From assembly GCA_029881725.1 (NCBI GenBank), contig JAOUMB010000001.1:17321-81320 (forward strand): a DNA stretch of 64,000 nt, in the 5' to 3' direction. The position numbers and the translations under genes are program-made. Origin of the DNA: Nitrospirota bacterium. Its GTDB lineage: Bacteria; Nitrospirota; JACRHL01. The notes beneath the pieces are model-generated. The model did no database searches. It was not told the DNA's origin and saw only the letters and a program-made list of their open reading frames with translations. The first letter of the stretch is position 1. Each line of letters begins with the position of its first letter. Below, piece by piece: positions 19,812-29,445 of this stretch.

Positions 19812-21536
19812 ATGATCGTACGTTCCGGCGGAAACAAGCGCCGCAAGCCATTGGGTGAACGGCTGGTCGAATCCGGCCAGATCACCGCCCAGCAACTGCG
19901 CTTCGCCCTTCAGGAGCAGTCCCGCACCGGACGCCTGCTGGGGGAAATCCTCATCGCCAACAACTTCACCTCCGAGTCGGCCATCGCCTCCATGGTCACC
20001 ATGCAGGCCGGTGACTCCTACGACGACCTGACCGACATCGAAGTGCCGCGCGAGGTGCTGCAACTGCTCCCGGAAACCTTCATCCGCAAGCGCCATGTGC
20101 TGCCCCTGTGGACCGACAACGAAAGCATCCGCGTGGCCATGGTGGACACCTTCGACGTGGAGGCCATCGACGACGTGGCGCGGGTGACCAACCGGGACGT
20201 GGTGGTGGTGGGCTGCCCCCGCTCCGCATTCCTGGACCTGGTGCGCCGCCTGTTCGATTCCGCCGAGGCGCGCAGCAGCCGTTTCGAGGGCGCGGTGAAA
20301 AACGCCGCCCGCTCCATCAGCGATCTGGCCGAAGGCGACCAGACGGCCATCATTACCCTGGTCAACGAAATCATCACCCGCGGGGTGCTGATGGGCGCCA
20401 CCGACATCCACATTCAGCCCGAGGAAGCGGTGGTGCACATCCGCTACCGGGTGGACGGCGTGATGCGCGAAGGCGACACCATCCCGAAGGAGGTGCAGGC
20501 CGCCGTGGAAAGCCGTCTGAAGGTGATGGCGCGGCTGGATATCTCGGAAAAACGCATCCCCCAGGACGGCCGTATCGAGCAGCAGATCGAGGGACGCTGC
20601 ATCGACCTGCGCATCTCCACGGTGCCGGCCCTGGCCGGGGAAAACATCGTGCTGCGCCTGCTGGACCGTGCCAAGGTGGCGGTGCGGCTGGAGGAACTGG
20701 GCCTCACCCCGGCCCACCGCCAGATGTTCCGCGAGGCGGTGTCCCGCCCCCACGGCCTGATTCTGATGACCGGCCCCACCGGCTCCGGCAAGACCACCAC
20801 CCTGTACTCCGGCCTGATGGAAATCAACGCCCTGGAGCGCAACGTGATGACGCTGGAAGATCCGGTGGAGTATCGCATGAGCGTAATCCGCCAGACCCAG
20901 GTGAACGCCAAGGCGGGCTACACCTTCGCCACCGGGCTGCGCGCCCTGCTGCGTCAGGACCCGGACGTGATTCTGGTGGGCGAAATGCGCGACCCCGAAA
21001 CGTCGGACCTGGCCATTCGCGCCAGCATGACCGGCCATCTGGTGCTGTCCACCCTGCACACCAACGACGCATCATCGGCGCTGCCGCGCCTGATCGACAT
21101 GGGGGTCGCCCCCTATCTGCTGCCGTCCACCCTGATCGCGGTGGTGGCCCAGCGGCTGGTGCGCCGCCCGTGCAAACACTGCATGCGCCCCTACACGCCC
21201 GCGGTGGAGGAATTCGAATCCTTCAGCCGGGAGCCTCACGAAGGCAATTTCGTCACCGTGGAGGGGTGCAACCGGTGCTACGGAACCGGCTACTCCGGCC
21301 AGTTGCCGCTGGTGGAATTCCTGAACATGAATCAGGAGGTGGGTGAACTGGTGATGGCCCGCGCCAGCGCCGCCGATATCTATCAGGCGGCCATGGCCTC
21401 CGGCATGCGCGACCTGCGCATGGACGGTTATGAAAAAGCCGTCCAGGGACTCACCACCCTGGCCGAGGTCCAACGCGTGGCCGAACGCCGCCTGGCCGTC
21501 CGCACCGGGCACGCCCCGGAGCGAAATAAAGGGTAA
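19812..21536 (+). CDS. PilB/GspE/MshE-family ATPase with N-terminal MshEN motif
   Basis: PLGERLVESGQITAQQLRFALQEQ...LLGEILI; ATDIHIQP, GPTGSGKT, LRQDPD, HTNDA, CxxC...CxxC. Confidence 0.92.
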   Translation: MIVRSGGNKRRKPLGERLVESGQITAQQLRFALQEQSRTGRLLGEILIANNFTSESAIASMVTMQAGDSYDDLTDIEVPREVLQLLPETFIRKRHVLPLWTDNESIRVAMVDTFDVEAIDDVARVTNRDVVVVGCPRSAFLDLVRRLFDSAEARSSRFEGAVKNAARSISDLAEGDQTAIITLVNEIITRGVLMGATDIHIQPEEAVVHIRYRVDGVMREGDTIPKEVQAAVESRLKVMARLDISEKRIPQDGRIEQQIEGRCIDLRISTVPALAGENIVLRLLDRAKVAVRLEELGLTPAHRQMFREAVSRPHGLILMTGPTGSGKTTTLYSGLMEINALERNVMTLEDPVEYRMSVIRQTQVNAKAGYTFATGLRALLRQDPDVILVGEMRDPETSDLAIRASMTGHLVLSTLHTNDASSALPRLIDMGVAPYLLPSTLIAVVAQRLVRRPCKHCMRPYTPAVEEFESFSREPHEGNFVTVEGCNRCYGTGYSGQLPLVEFLNMNQEVGELVMARASAADIYQAAMASGMRDLRMDGYEKAVQGLTTLAEVQRVAERRLAVRTGHAPERNKG

Positions 21537-21661
21537 CCGGCACCGGCGAGCATTAGGCCTCCACCCGGCGGCAAACGCGGGGATTCCCGCGGCACCCGTC
21601 AATCCGTGCGGGTTTACCGCCCCCCACCTGGCAGCGAATACGGCCCCGCGCCCGGCAGCGG

Positions 21662-21946
21662 TCAGGCTGAAATGGTTTCGGCGATCAGCTTGCCGTCCAG
21701 TTCGGCATACTGGATGCTTACCCGGGCATTCGGATGCACCGATTTTGCCTGCTCGGCGGTGATCTGAAACACCAGATGCCTGCCGGTCTGGGCATCCACC
21801 AGGGTGAGGGTGCCCGCGCTGGCGTCCACCGCCGCCACCACGCCCATGTGGGTCATCATTTCGTCCGGCCCGCAGGCCAGTGCCGGCGTGCTGACGGCCA
21901 ATCCCACGGCGATCGCCGCGACCATTGAAAAGCGTGCAATTCCCAT
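21662..21946 (-). CDS. Small exported beta-rich protein (possible CusF-like OB fold)
   Basis: RBS AAGGAG, signal peptide ending PALA, mature CGPDEMMTHMGVV..VD..AGTLTL. Confidence 0.65.
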   Translation of the reverse strand: MGIARFSMVAAIAVGLAVSTPALACGPDEMMTHMGVVAAVDASAGTLTLVDAQTGRHLVFQITAEQAKSVHPNARVSIQYAELDGKLIAETISA

Positions 21947-22140
21947 ATGGCTGCTCCTTGTATGCCGGGTTAAAACGTTCCACTCATTATACCTGCCGAC
22001 CGCCGGCCGGGCACACGGTGTGGTGTTGTACACCCCAGGATTGACGTACAATTGAACCATGGAGCGGAACGGCCGGACCCGCGGGCAACAGGGGGCGCCG
22101 ACAGGCTGGCATTCCGCGTGCCGCCTGAAAGGAGGCCGCC

Positions 22141-22965
22141 ATGCACATCCATTCTTTTCCCGTTCATTCCCGCGCCCTGACCGGCGCCGCACTGGTTCTG
22201 CTGATCGCTGGTTGCGCCGCGGTCGATACCGCCTATATTGGCACCGTGGGTGCGGTGGACCCGGACAAGTTGCGCCTCAAGCAGGAAACGAAATGGCTCA
22301 ACCCGCAGCCCAACCTGAGGTTGGTGGGGGAGAAGCAGATGGTGGTGATGTTGCGCGTGCGCGACAGTTCCGGCACCGGGATCGAAATCACCAATGACCT
22401 GCGCGATGCGCTGCTGGAGCGTGGCTACCGGGTTACCGGCAACCTGGACGATGCCCAATACGTGATGAACCTGGACCTGCGCTATTACGGTGAGAACGCC
22501 ACCGCCGACGGTGGCCGCGCCTCGATGGCCGCGGGTGTCGGCGGCGCCATCGCGGGAGGCGTGATCGGCCACCAGTCCCATCGCACCGGCAGCGGCGCCA
22601 TGGTCGGTGCCGTCGCCGCCAGCATGCTGTTCGACGTGGCCGCCCAGCGCAACAAGATCCGGGAATACGATGTGGTGATGGACGTCCGGGTTGGCGAGCG
22701 GGTCGAGGGCGGGGTGCACACCACCCGCACCACCGGGGAAGACACTTCCGTGCGCCACTCGGGCACCTTCAGGTCCGGCGGGATTGAATCGGGACGCGGG
22801 AGCGGAGGCAGCGGTGAAACCCAGGTATATGAAACCACCGAGGATTTTCTGTATCATCAGAATCGTCTGGTGGTATTCACCAGCCGCATGAACCTGTCCC
22901 CCGAGGAGGCCCAGCCGGTATTGCACCAGCGGTTGATCCGGGCACTCGCCAACACCCTTCCCTAG
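22141..22965 (+). CDS. TraT-family outer-membrane lipoprotein
   Basis: IAGC lipobox, glycine zipper, DVRVGER and C-terminal R.V...RMNL..EEA.PVL...L...LAN typical of TraT; RBS AGGAGG. Confidence 0.75.
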   Translation: MHIHSFPVHSRALTGAALVLLIAGCAAVDTAYIGTVGAVDPDKLRLKQETKWLNPQPNLRLVGEKQMVVMLRVRDSSGTGIEITNDLRDALLERGYRVTGNLDDAQYVMNLDLRYYGENATADGGRASMAAGVGGAIAGGVIGHQSHRTGSGAMVGAVAASMLFDVAAQRNKIREYDVVMDVRVGERVEGGVHTTRTTGEDTSVRHSGTFRSGGIESGRGSGGSGETQVYETTEDFLYHQNRLVVFTSRMNLSPEEAQPVLHQRLIRALANTLP

Positions 22966-22987
22966 CGCTCGGAGATCCCTTCAACTT

Positions 22988-24073
22988 ATGGGCAGTTCAT
23001 TCGGCCAGCAGTTCCGCATTGCCACGTGGGGTGAATCCCACGGCGGCGGTGTGGGGGTTACCATCGACGGCTGCCCGGCGGGCATGGAACTGAGCGAGGC
23101 GGACATCCAGCCCGATCTGGACCGCCGCCGCCCCGGACAGAGCCGGGTGACCACCCCTCGCGACGAGGCCGACCGGTGCGAGATCCTGTCCGGCGTGTTC
23201 GAGGGGCGTACCCTGGGCACCTCCATCGCCATCCTGGTCCGCAACCAGGACCAGCGCTCCTCCGCCTATGAGGATTTCAAGCACATCTACCGCCCCGGCC
23301 ACGCGGATTACACCTATCAGGCCAAGTACGGCTACCGCACCTGGCAGGGGGGAGGCCGGGCCAGCGCGCGCGAGGCCATCGGCCGGGTGGCGGCGGGGGC
23401 CGTGGCCAAAAAGATTCTGGCGGAAAAATTCGGCACCCGTATCGTTGGCTGGGTACAGCAGGTGCACACCATCGCCGCCGAAACCGGCTGGGAGGGGGTC
23501 ACCCCCGAAGCGGTGGAGGCCAACATGGTGCGCTGCCCCGATCCGGCAACCGCCGAACGCATGATCGAACGCATCGATCAGGCCCGCAACGAGGGAGACT
23601 CGGTAGGCGGCATCGTCCGCTGCGTGGCCGAAAACGTGCCGCCGGGGCTCGGTGATCCGGTGTTCGACAAGCTGGACGCCGACATCGCCAAGGCGATGAT
23701 GAGCATCCCCGCCTGCAAGGGGGTGGAGATCGGCGATGGATTTTCGTCCATCGCCCTCACCGGCAAGGAACACAACGACGCCTTCTACATGGAAGGCGAC
23801 CGGGTGCGCACCCGAACCAACCACGCGGGCGGCATTCTGGGCGGTATCTCCGATGGAGAGCCGGTGCGGGTGTCGTGCGCCTTCAAGCCCACCGCCACCA
23901 TCGCCCACCCCCAGGAGTCGGTGGACGACCAGGGCAACGCGGTGACCCTCAAGGCCAAGGGGCGGCACGATCCGTGCGTGCTGCCACGCGCGGTGCCAAT
24001 TGTGGAGTCCATGCTGGCGCTGGTGCTGGCCGACCACTGGCTACGGCAGGCGGCGTACCGGATGGGTGAGTGA
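22988..24073 (+). CDS. aroC: Chorismate synthase
   Basis: [36 protein letters not shown]. Confidence 0.98.
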   Translation: MGSSFGQQFRIATWGESHGGGVGVTIDGCPAGMELSEADIQPDLDRRRPGQSRVTTPRDEADRCEILSGVFEGRTLGTSIAILVRNQDQRSSAYEDFKHIYRPGHADYTYQAKYGYRTWQGGGRASAREAIGRVAAGAVAKKILAEKFGTRIVGWVQQVHTIAAETGWEGVTPEAVEANMVRCPDPATAERMIERIDQARNEGDSVGGIVRCVAENVPPGLGDPVFDKLDADIAKAMMSIPACKGVEIGDGFSSIALTGKEHNDAFYMEGDRVRTRTNHAGGILGGISDGEPVRVSCAFKPTATIAHPQESVDDQGNAVTLKAKGRHDPCVLPRAVPIVESMLALVLADHWLRQAAYRMGE

Positions 24074-24215
24074 GGCCGTGGAAGGCCTGACCATCCGTCC
24101 GGAAGAGCCCCGCGATTATTCGCGGGTTGAAGAGATTATCCGCCAGGCCTTCGAAAACCACCCCAGCAACACTGGCGCGGTGGAGCATCATGAGGAATTT
24201 GCCCGGTTTCGATAA
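24066..24215 (+). pseudogene. N-terminal fragment of a YhbS-like GNAT acetyltransferase
   Basis: LTIRPEEPRDY.RVEEIIRQAFENHP.....EH, then a stop after about 49 codons. Confidence 0.55.
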
Positions 24216-24224
24216 CCGGGCGGG

Positions 24225-24926
24225 CTACGCCACCAGTTCCCGTACCAACTGGGGCGTGAACTGCTCCATGTGGTCGATCACCCGGTCCGGGTTGGCGTCC
24301 TTCAACTCATCCGCCTTGTAGGAGTGGGTGATTGCCACGCAGCGCATGCCCGCCGCCTTGGCGGCCAGCACCCCGGCGATGGAATCCTCGATCACCACGC
24401 ACCGCTCCGGACCGATGCGGCGGCCAGCGGCGGCCAACTCCAGGTTATGCAGGGCCAGCGCCTTCAGATACCCCTCCGGGTGCGGCTTGCAGTGCACCGT
24501 TTCCTCCGCCGCCACCACCAGCCGGAAGGTGTCGTTGATGCCCGCGATCTCGCAGATCCGGGCAATCTCGCCGAACAGGGCACCGGACACCACCCCCACC
24601 GGAAACGCCTCCCCCTGCGCCCGCACACATTCCACCGCGCCGGGGAACAGCACCAGGTGCTCGGCGATGTGGTGGTCGTAATCGTGGCTCTTGCGCCGGA
24701 TCAGGTCGATCAGGTCGGCCTCGTCCAGGGGACGTCCGTTTTCCCGGTAGGCGTATTCAAAACAGCCCTTGTCATCGAAGCCCAGATAGACGTCGTGATA
24801 CTGCTGGTCGGTAACGGTAATCCCCTCCTCGGCCAGCACCTTTTGCAGCAGCATCTGATGCACCGGCTCGTCGTCGGCAATCACGCCATTGAAATCGAAA
24901 AGGACCAGAATATCGGCGTTGCTCAT
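24225..24926 (-). CDS. HAD family phosphatase
   Basis: FDFNG, KPHPEGY, VIEDS..G..AAKAAGM. Confidence 0.88.
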   Translation of the reverse strand: MSNADILVLFDFNGVIADDEPVHQMLLQKVLAEEGITVTDQQYHDVYLGFDDKGCFEYAYRENGRPLDEADLIDLIRRKSHDYDHHIAEHLVLFPGAVECVRAQGEAFPVGVVSGALFGEIARICEIAGINDTFRLVVAAEETVHCKPHPEGYLKALALHNLELAAAGRRIGPERCVVIEDSIAGVLAAKAAGMRCVAITHSYKADELKDANPDRVIDHMEQFTPQLVRELVA

Positions 24927-25094
24927 GCGCCCGGCTCTCCCATGCGGAGGGTTGGAATTCTGGCGAATGGTATCACAGCCCTCCCGTTCGGCAGGTGATG
25001 CCCGAAGGCTCTACAATAGAGGTATGGGTACACCGCTCCGGTGCGCGGCGGGTGGGGCATGGCATCGGATGGCTGATGAATTGGAGGCTAGGTC

Positions 25095-25649
25095 ATGGCA
25101 CGGGTATTGGTTCCGCTCGCGGAAGGATTCGAGGAGATCGAGGCGGTCACGGTGATCGACATCCTGCGCCGCGCGGGGATCGAAGTGGTCTCCGCCGGGC
25201 TTACCGACGGCCCGATCAAGGGGTCGCGGGGCATCACGGTGGTGCCGGATACCGGCGTGCACCGCATCCTGGAGGACGATTTCGACATGGTGGTGCTGCC
25301 CGGCGGGCTGCCGGGGACCATGAACCTGCGCCTCGACAAGCGCATTCACGACATCGTCAAACGGGTGCATGAGCGCAAGGGATACGTCACCGCCATCTGC
25401 GCCGCGCCGACCATCTATGCGGAAATGGGTTTTCTGGAAGGCAAGAAGGCCACCAGCCACCCTTCCACCGCCGACGAAGTGCGCGCCAAAACCGGCGAAT
25501 ACTCCGAGGACCGGGTGGTGGTGGACGGCCATTTCATTACCAGCCGCTCCCCCGGCACGGCCATGGAGTTCGCCATGAAGCTGGTGGAGGTGCTGGCCGG
25601 AAAGAAGATGGTCGCCAAGGTCAACGAAGGGGTGATGGCCACCCTCTAA
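25095..25649 (+). CDS. DJ-1/PfpI (YajL/ThiJ-like) protein
   Basis: GFEEIEAV, LPGGLPG, AICAAP, TSRSPGTAMEFA. Confidence 0.93.
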   Translation: MARVLVPLAEGFEEIEAVTVIDILRRAGIEVVSAGLTDGPIKGSRGITVVPDTGVHRILEDDFDMVVLPGGLPGTMNLRLDKRIHDIVKRVHERKGYVTAICAAPTIYAEMGFLEGKKATSHPSTADEVRAKTGEYSEDRVVVDGHFITSRSPGTAMEFAMKLVEVLAGKKMVAKVNEGVMATL

Positions 25650-25744
25650 GCCCACACCTTCCGCACCGCACAGTGACGGACCGCCCCCGCCCCGCCAGCA
25701 TGGTGGAGCGTGGGGCGGTTCGCTCTTTTGCGGATCCACCGTTA

Positions 25745-25799
25745 ATTAACCAAACCCTGACCATTTCCCCACGCAATCCTCACATCCCACGACGATAAT
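25745..25799 (+). promoter_or_regulatory. Pho-box-like array (four units at 11-bp spacing) with -10 GATAAT
   Basis: attaac 25745, cctgac 25756, ccccac 25767, cctcac 25778; -10 at 25794. Confidence 0.5.
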
Positions 25800-25878
25800 G
25801 GGGACAACAGCGGAGCAACGGACCCCGCAACGGTGCGGGCCATCCTCCATCCGCATTCTTCAGTTGGAAAGGAAATAT

Positions 25879-26076
25879 ATGGCATCAATGAAAGAACCTC
25901 GGACATTCTGGGGCCTGTGCGCCCTGTTCGGTCGGGGAACCGGCACCCGGAAGCCCGCCGCTACGGCAGGCAGCGTGGCGCTCCCAGATGATCCCTACCG
26001 GATCACCCTGTGCCCGTCCCACGCGGGACGGGTCCTCACCGAAGAAGAGGGGCGCGACCTGTGGCGAACCGCATAG
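25879..26076 (+). CDS. Small hypothetical protein (65 aa)
   Basis: AAGGA RBS before ATG 25879, promoter-like array upstream, terminator downstream. Confidence 0.45.
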   Translation: MASMKEPRTFWGLCALFGRGTGTRKPAATAGSVALPDDPYRITLCPSHAGRVLTEEEGRDLWRTA

Positions 26077-26100
26077 CCTCCATCCCACACTCCCCCCCGC

Positions 26101-26133
26101 AAGGGGCCGCGCTTCGTGCCCGGCCCCTTTTTT
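26101..26133 (+). terminator. Rho-independent terminator
   Basis: aaggggccg...cggcccc followed by tttttt. Confidence 0.75.
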
Positions 26134-26145
26134 GTGTCCGGGTTT

Positions 26146-26200
26146 TCTAACCGGATTCTCACACACCCCTCACAGTGCCCGCATATCGGCCTCCTATCCT
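26146..26200 (+). promoter_or_regulatory. Pho-box-like array upstream of the porin-pst operon with -10 TATCCT
   Basis: tctaac 26146, tctcac 26157, cctcac 26168, ccgcat 26179; -10 at 26195. Confidence 0.55.
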
Positions 26201-26293
26201 TCCCCGCATTCAGTTGAAGGTTTTGCGCGGGCGGTGCCGTACACCTCCCGCAAGTGTCAGACAAAAATACAAGTGGACAGGAGATCGAATCCA

Positions 26294-27331
26294 ATGAACT
26301 GCAAGCAACTCGTGACCATCGCGGCCACCGTGGCCAGCTTTTGCGTGGCCACCACGGCCCATGCCTACAAGGTGGACGACACCCTGGAGATCAAGGCCAA
26401 GCTGTTTGCCAACTGGCAGACTTTCGAAGGCGACCCCAACGGCGGCGGCTTCCATCTGGGCCGTAACTATGTGGAAGTCCGCAAGCACATCAGCGACACC
26501 GACATGGTGCGCGTGACCCTGGATCAGAAGGGCGAGGCCGATTCCACCGGGACCTTCGTCACCGTCTCCGGTATTCCGGACACCACCGGCAAGGCCGTCA
26601 CCAAGAACGACGGCAAGATTTTCGTTAAATACGCCTACTGGCAGCACACCTTTCCGTTCAGCGCCAAGCTGAAGGTCGGTCAGCACCACACCCCGTTTGT
26701 GGACTACGACAACAACGATTTCTGGGGCTACCGCTTCGTGGCCAAGGCCTATACCGACGAGTGGGGCCTGCAAACCTCCTCCGACAGCGGCGTCAGCCTG
26801 CTGGGCACGGCGGCGGACAAGAAGGTGGAGTACTACTTCTCGGTGCTCAACGGCGAGGGCTACCAGCACACGGTGGACGGCCACGGCTACGCCTTTGCGG
26901 CGCGGGTGCAGGCCAACATCAACGGCATCCACGCCGGCGTGGTCACCCACGACGAGGGCAACCGCGGCGGCGCCTCCAACTACGACCCGACCCGGCGCCT
27001 GGTGTTCGCGTTCTTCGAGAACGACACCTTCCGCGTGGGCGGTCAGTACCTGGTGGATGCGGACGATGGCGCGGGCGCCAAGGACTTCGCCAAGGGCACC
27101 GGCTACAACGTGCAGGGTTCCGTCAAACTGCCGTTCGGCAACCACGCCAGCGCCTTCGCCCGCTTCGATTCCGTCGACAAGAAGGACACCGGCGTGGACG
27201 AGACCCTGACCATCGCGGGTGTGAGCTTCGAGGCGGCCAAGGGCGTCACCCTGGCCCCCAACATGCAGATCATGGACAACGGCGTGGACACCAACGCGGT
27301 GTACGGCATCAACGCCCAGTTCAAGTTTTAA
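26294..27331 (+). CDS. Outer-membrane porin, probably phosphate-selective
   Basis: Signal peptide AHA, amphipathic beta strands, FVKYAY, C-terminal Phe (AQFKF); heads the pst operon. Confidence 0.75.
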   Translation: MNCKQLVTIAATVASFCVATTAHAYKVDDTLEIKAKLFANWQTFEGDPNGGGFHLGRNYVEVRKHISDTDMVRVTLDQKGEADSTGTFVTVSGIPDTTGKAVTKNDGKIFVKYAYWQHTFPFSAKLKVGQHHTPFVDYDNNDFWGYRFVAKAYTDEWGLQTSSDSGVSLLGTAADKKVEYYFSVLNGEGYQHTVDGHGYAFAARVQANINGIHAGVVTHDEGNRGGASNYDPTRRLVFAFFENDTFRVGGQYLVDADDGAGAKDFAKGTGYNVQGSVKLPFGNHASAFARFDSVDKKDTGVDETLTIAGVSFEAAKGVTLAPNMQIMDNGVDTNAVYGINAQFKF

Positions 27332-27342
27332 CGAAAAATACG

Positions 27343-27387
27343 GGGTGGGGGCGGAATTCACACAATCCTAACATTCCGCCCCTACCC
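27343..27387. other. 15-bp stem hairpin between the porin gene and pstS
   Basis: gggtgggggcggaat / attccgcccctaccc. Confidence 0.7.
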
Positions 27388-27422
27388 TTCCTCCTAACCT
27401 GACTTTTGAAAGAGGAACCACC

Positions 27423-28472
27423 ATGCGCAAGCAGACTGTTCTGACCCTATTGACCACCGGCGCACTGGCCTTGGCCGGTGTGGCATACGCGGGCACCACC
27501 ATCACCGGGGCCGGGGCCACCTTCCCGTACCCGATCTACTCCAAGTGGGCCCACGCCTACAACCAGGCCACCGGGGTGAAACTGAACTACCAGTCCATCG
27601 GCTCCGGCGGCGGCGTAAAGCAGATCAAGGCCAACACCGTGGACTTCGGCGCCTCCGACGCGCCGCTGAAGGCCAAGGACCTGCAGCAAGCCGGGCTGGT
27701 GCAGTTCCCGATGATCATGGGCGGCGTGGTGCCGGTGGTGAACCTGCTCGGCATTCCGTCCGGCAAGCTGCGCCTGACCGGCCCGGTGCTGGCCGACATC
27801 TATCTGGGCAAGATCAAGCGCTGGAACGACCCGGCCATCGCCAAAATCAATCCGGGCCTGACCCTGCCCGCCGCCGAAATCGCGGTGGTGCACCGGGCCG
27901 ACGGCTCCGGCACCACCTGGATCTTTACCAACTACCTGACCAAGGTGAGCCCGGCATGGGCGGACGAGATCGGCAACGCCAAGGCCGTGCAGTGGCCCGC
28001 GGGCATGGGCGGCAAGGGCAATGAGGGCGTGGCCGCCTTCGTGTCGAAGGTGAATGGCTCCATCGGATACGTGGAATACGCCTACGCCAAGCAGAACCAC
28101 ATGACCGTGGTGACCATGCAGAACCATGACGGCACCTTCGTGGCCCCCACTGCCGCCAACTTCCAGGCCGCCGCCGAAGGCGCCGACTGGAAGGGGACGC
28201 CGGGCTACTACGTGGTGCTCACCGATCAGCCGGGCAAGAACGCCTGGCCCATCACCGGCGCCTCGTTCATCCTGATGCACAAGAAACAGCGGGGCCCGGC
28301 GCAGGCCGCCGAAGTGCTCAAGTTCCTGAACTGGTCCTACGTCAACGGCAATCAGGCGGCGATGGACCTGGACTATGTGCCCATGCCCGCCTCGGTGGTC
28401 ACGCTGGTGCGCCAGACCTGGGCCGACGAGATCAAGGGCGCGGGCGGCGAAACCATCTGGCCGGCCAACTAG
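27423..28472 (+). CDS. pstS: Phosphate ABC transporter substrate-binding protein
   Basis: GAGATFP, YQSIGSGGG, DFGASD, RADGSGTT. Confidence 0.97.
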   Translation: MRKQTVLTLLTTGALALAGVAYAGTTITGAGATFPYPIYSKWAHAYNQATGVKLNYQSIGSGGGVKQIKANTVDFGASDAPLKAKDLQQAGLVQFPMIMGGVVPVVNLLGIPSGKLRLTGPVLADIYLGKIKRWNDPAIAKINPGLTLPAAEIAVVHRADGSGTTWIFTNYLTKVSPAWADEIGNAKAVQWPAGMGGKGNEGVAAFVSKVNGSIGYVEYAYAKQNHMTVVTMQNHDGTFVAPTAANFQAAAEGADWKGTPGYYVVLTDQPGKNAWPITGASFILMHKKQRGPAQAAEVLKFLNWSYVNGNQAAMDLDYVPMPASVVTLVRQTWADEIKGAGGETIWPAN

Positions 28473-28475
28473 TCC

Positions 28476-29441
28476 GTGTCCCGAACCGCTACCAGCGAAT
28501 CGCAGATCCCCGAAGCCACGGCCCCGCGCCGTGCCTTCGGGGACGTTGCGTTCAAGGCCATCACCACCGGTTTCGCGGTGGGTATCCTGCTGCTGCTGGG
28601 GGCCATGTTCTTCGTGCTGTGGCGGGAGTCGGCGCTGGCCATCGAGGCGTTCGGCCCCGGCTTTCTGACCAGCGCCAAGTGGAACCCGGTGACCGAAAAA
28701 TTCGGCGCCCTGGTGGCCATCACCGGCACCCTGGTGTCCACCGTCATCGCCCTGCTCGTGGCGGTGCCGGTAAGCATCGGCATCGCCCTGTTCCTGGCGG
28801 AACTGGCCCCGGAGAAAATCCGCACCCCGTTCGGCGTGGCCATCGAACTGCTGGCCGCCATTCCCAGCATCGTCTACGGCATGTGGGGACTGTTCGTGCT
28901 GGCGCCGCTCATGAGCGCCTATCTGCAACCGGCCCTGGGCGGCCTGTTCGGCTGGACCCCGTTCTTCTCCGGCCCCCAGATGGGCATCGGCATGCTCACC
29001 GCCGGGCTGGTGCTGGCGCTGATGATCATCCCGTTCATCGCCTCGGTCACCCGCGACGTATTCCGCATGGTGCCCGCCCAGCTCAAGGAATCGGCCTACG
29101 GCATGGGGGCCACCACCTGGGAGGTGGTCAAGGACATCATGATTCCCTACGGCCGCAAGGGCATCTACGGCGCCGTGTTCCTGGGGCTGGGCCGGGCGCT
29201 GGGGGAGACCATGGCGGTCACCTTCGTGATCGGCAACGCCCACCGGCTCAACTGGTCCCTGTTCGCCCCCGGCAACTCCATCGCCAGCACCCTGGCCAAC
29301 GAGTTCACCGAGGCCGACGGCGACCTGTACCTGTCTTCCCTGGTGGCCCTGGGGCTGGTGCTGTTTCTGATCACGTTTCTGATTCTGGGGTTCGCCCAGC
29401 TTTACCTGAAGCGCATGAGCGCGCCGGGCAGCAAGGGGTAG
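28476..29441 (+). CDS. pstC: Phosphate ABC permease
   Basis: ELLAAIPSIVYGMWG, GRALGETMAV. Confidence 0.96.
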   Translation: MSRTATSESQIPEATAPRRAFGDVAFKAITTGFAVGILLLLGAMFFVLWRESALAIEAFGPGFLTSAKWNPVTEKFGALVAITGTLVSTVIALLVAVPVSIGIALFLAELAPEKIRTPFGVAIELLAAIPSIVYGMWGLFVLAPLMSAYLQPALGGLFGWTPFFSGPQMGIGMLTAGLVLALMIIPFIASVTRDVFRMVPAQLKESAYGMGATTWEVVKDIMIPYGRKGIYGAVFLGLGRALGETMAVTFVIGNAHRLNWSLFAPGNSIASTLANEFTEADGDLYLSSLVALGLVLFLITFLILGFAQLYLKRMSAPGSKG

Positions 29442-29445
29442 CACG

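Noticed and set aside
21560..21650. ggcaaac plus hairpin resembling a c-di-GMP-I riboswitch
   Set aside because: It lacks the GAAA tetraloop and GACGCAAA element and lies between convergent 3' ends; more likely a terminator region
22141..22965. TraT as evidence of a plasmid or ICE
   Set aside because: No other tra, relaxase or integrase genes; flanked by aroC
24225..24926. HAD motif DxN instead of DxD as a sign of inactivation
   Set aside because: The nucleophile Asp and the other motifs are intact, and DxN variants occur in HAD subfamilies
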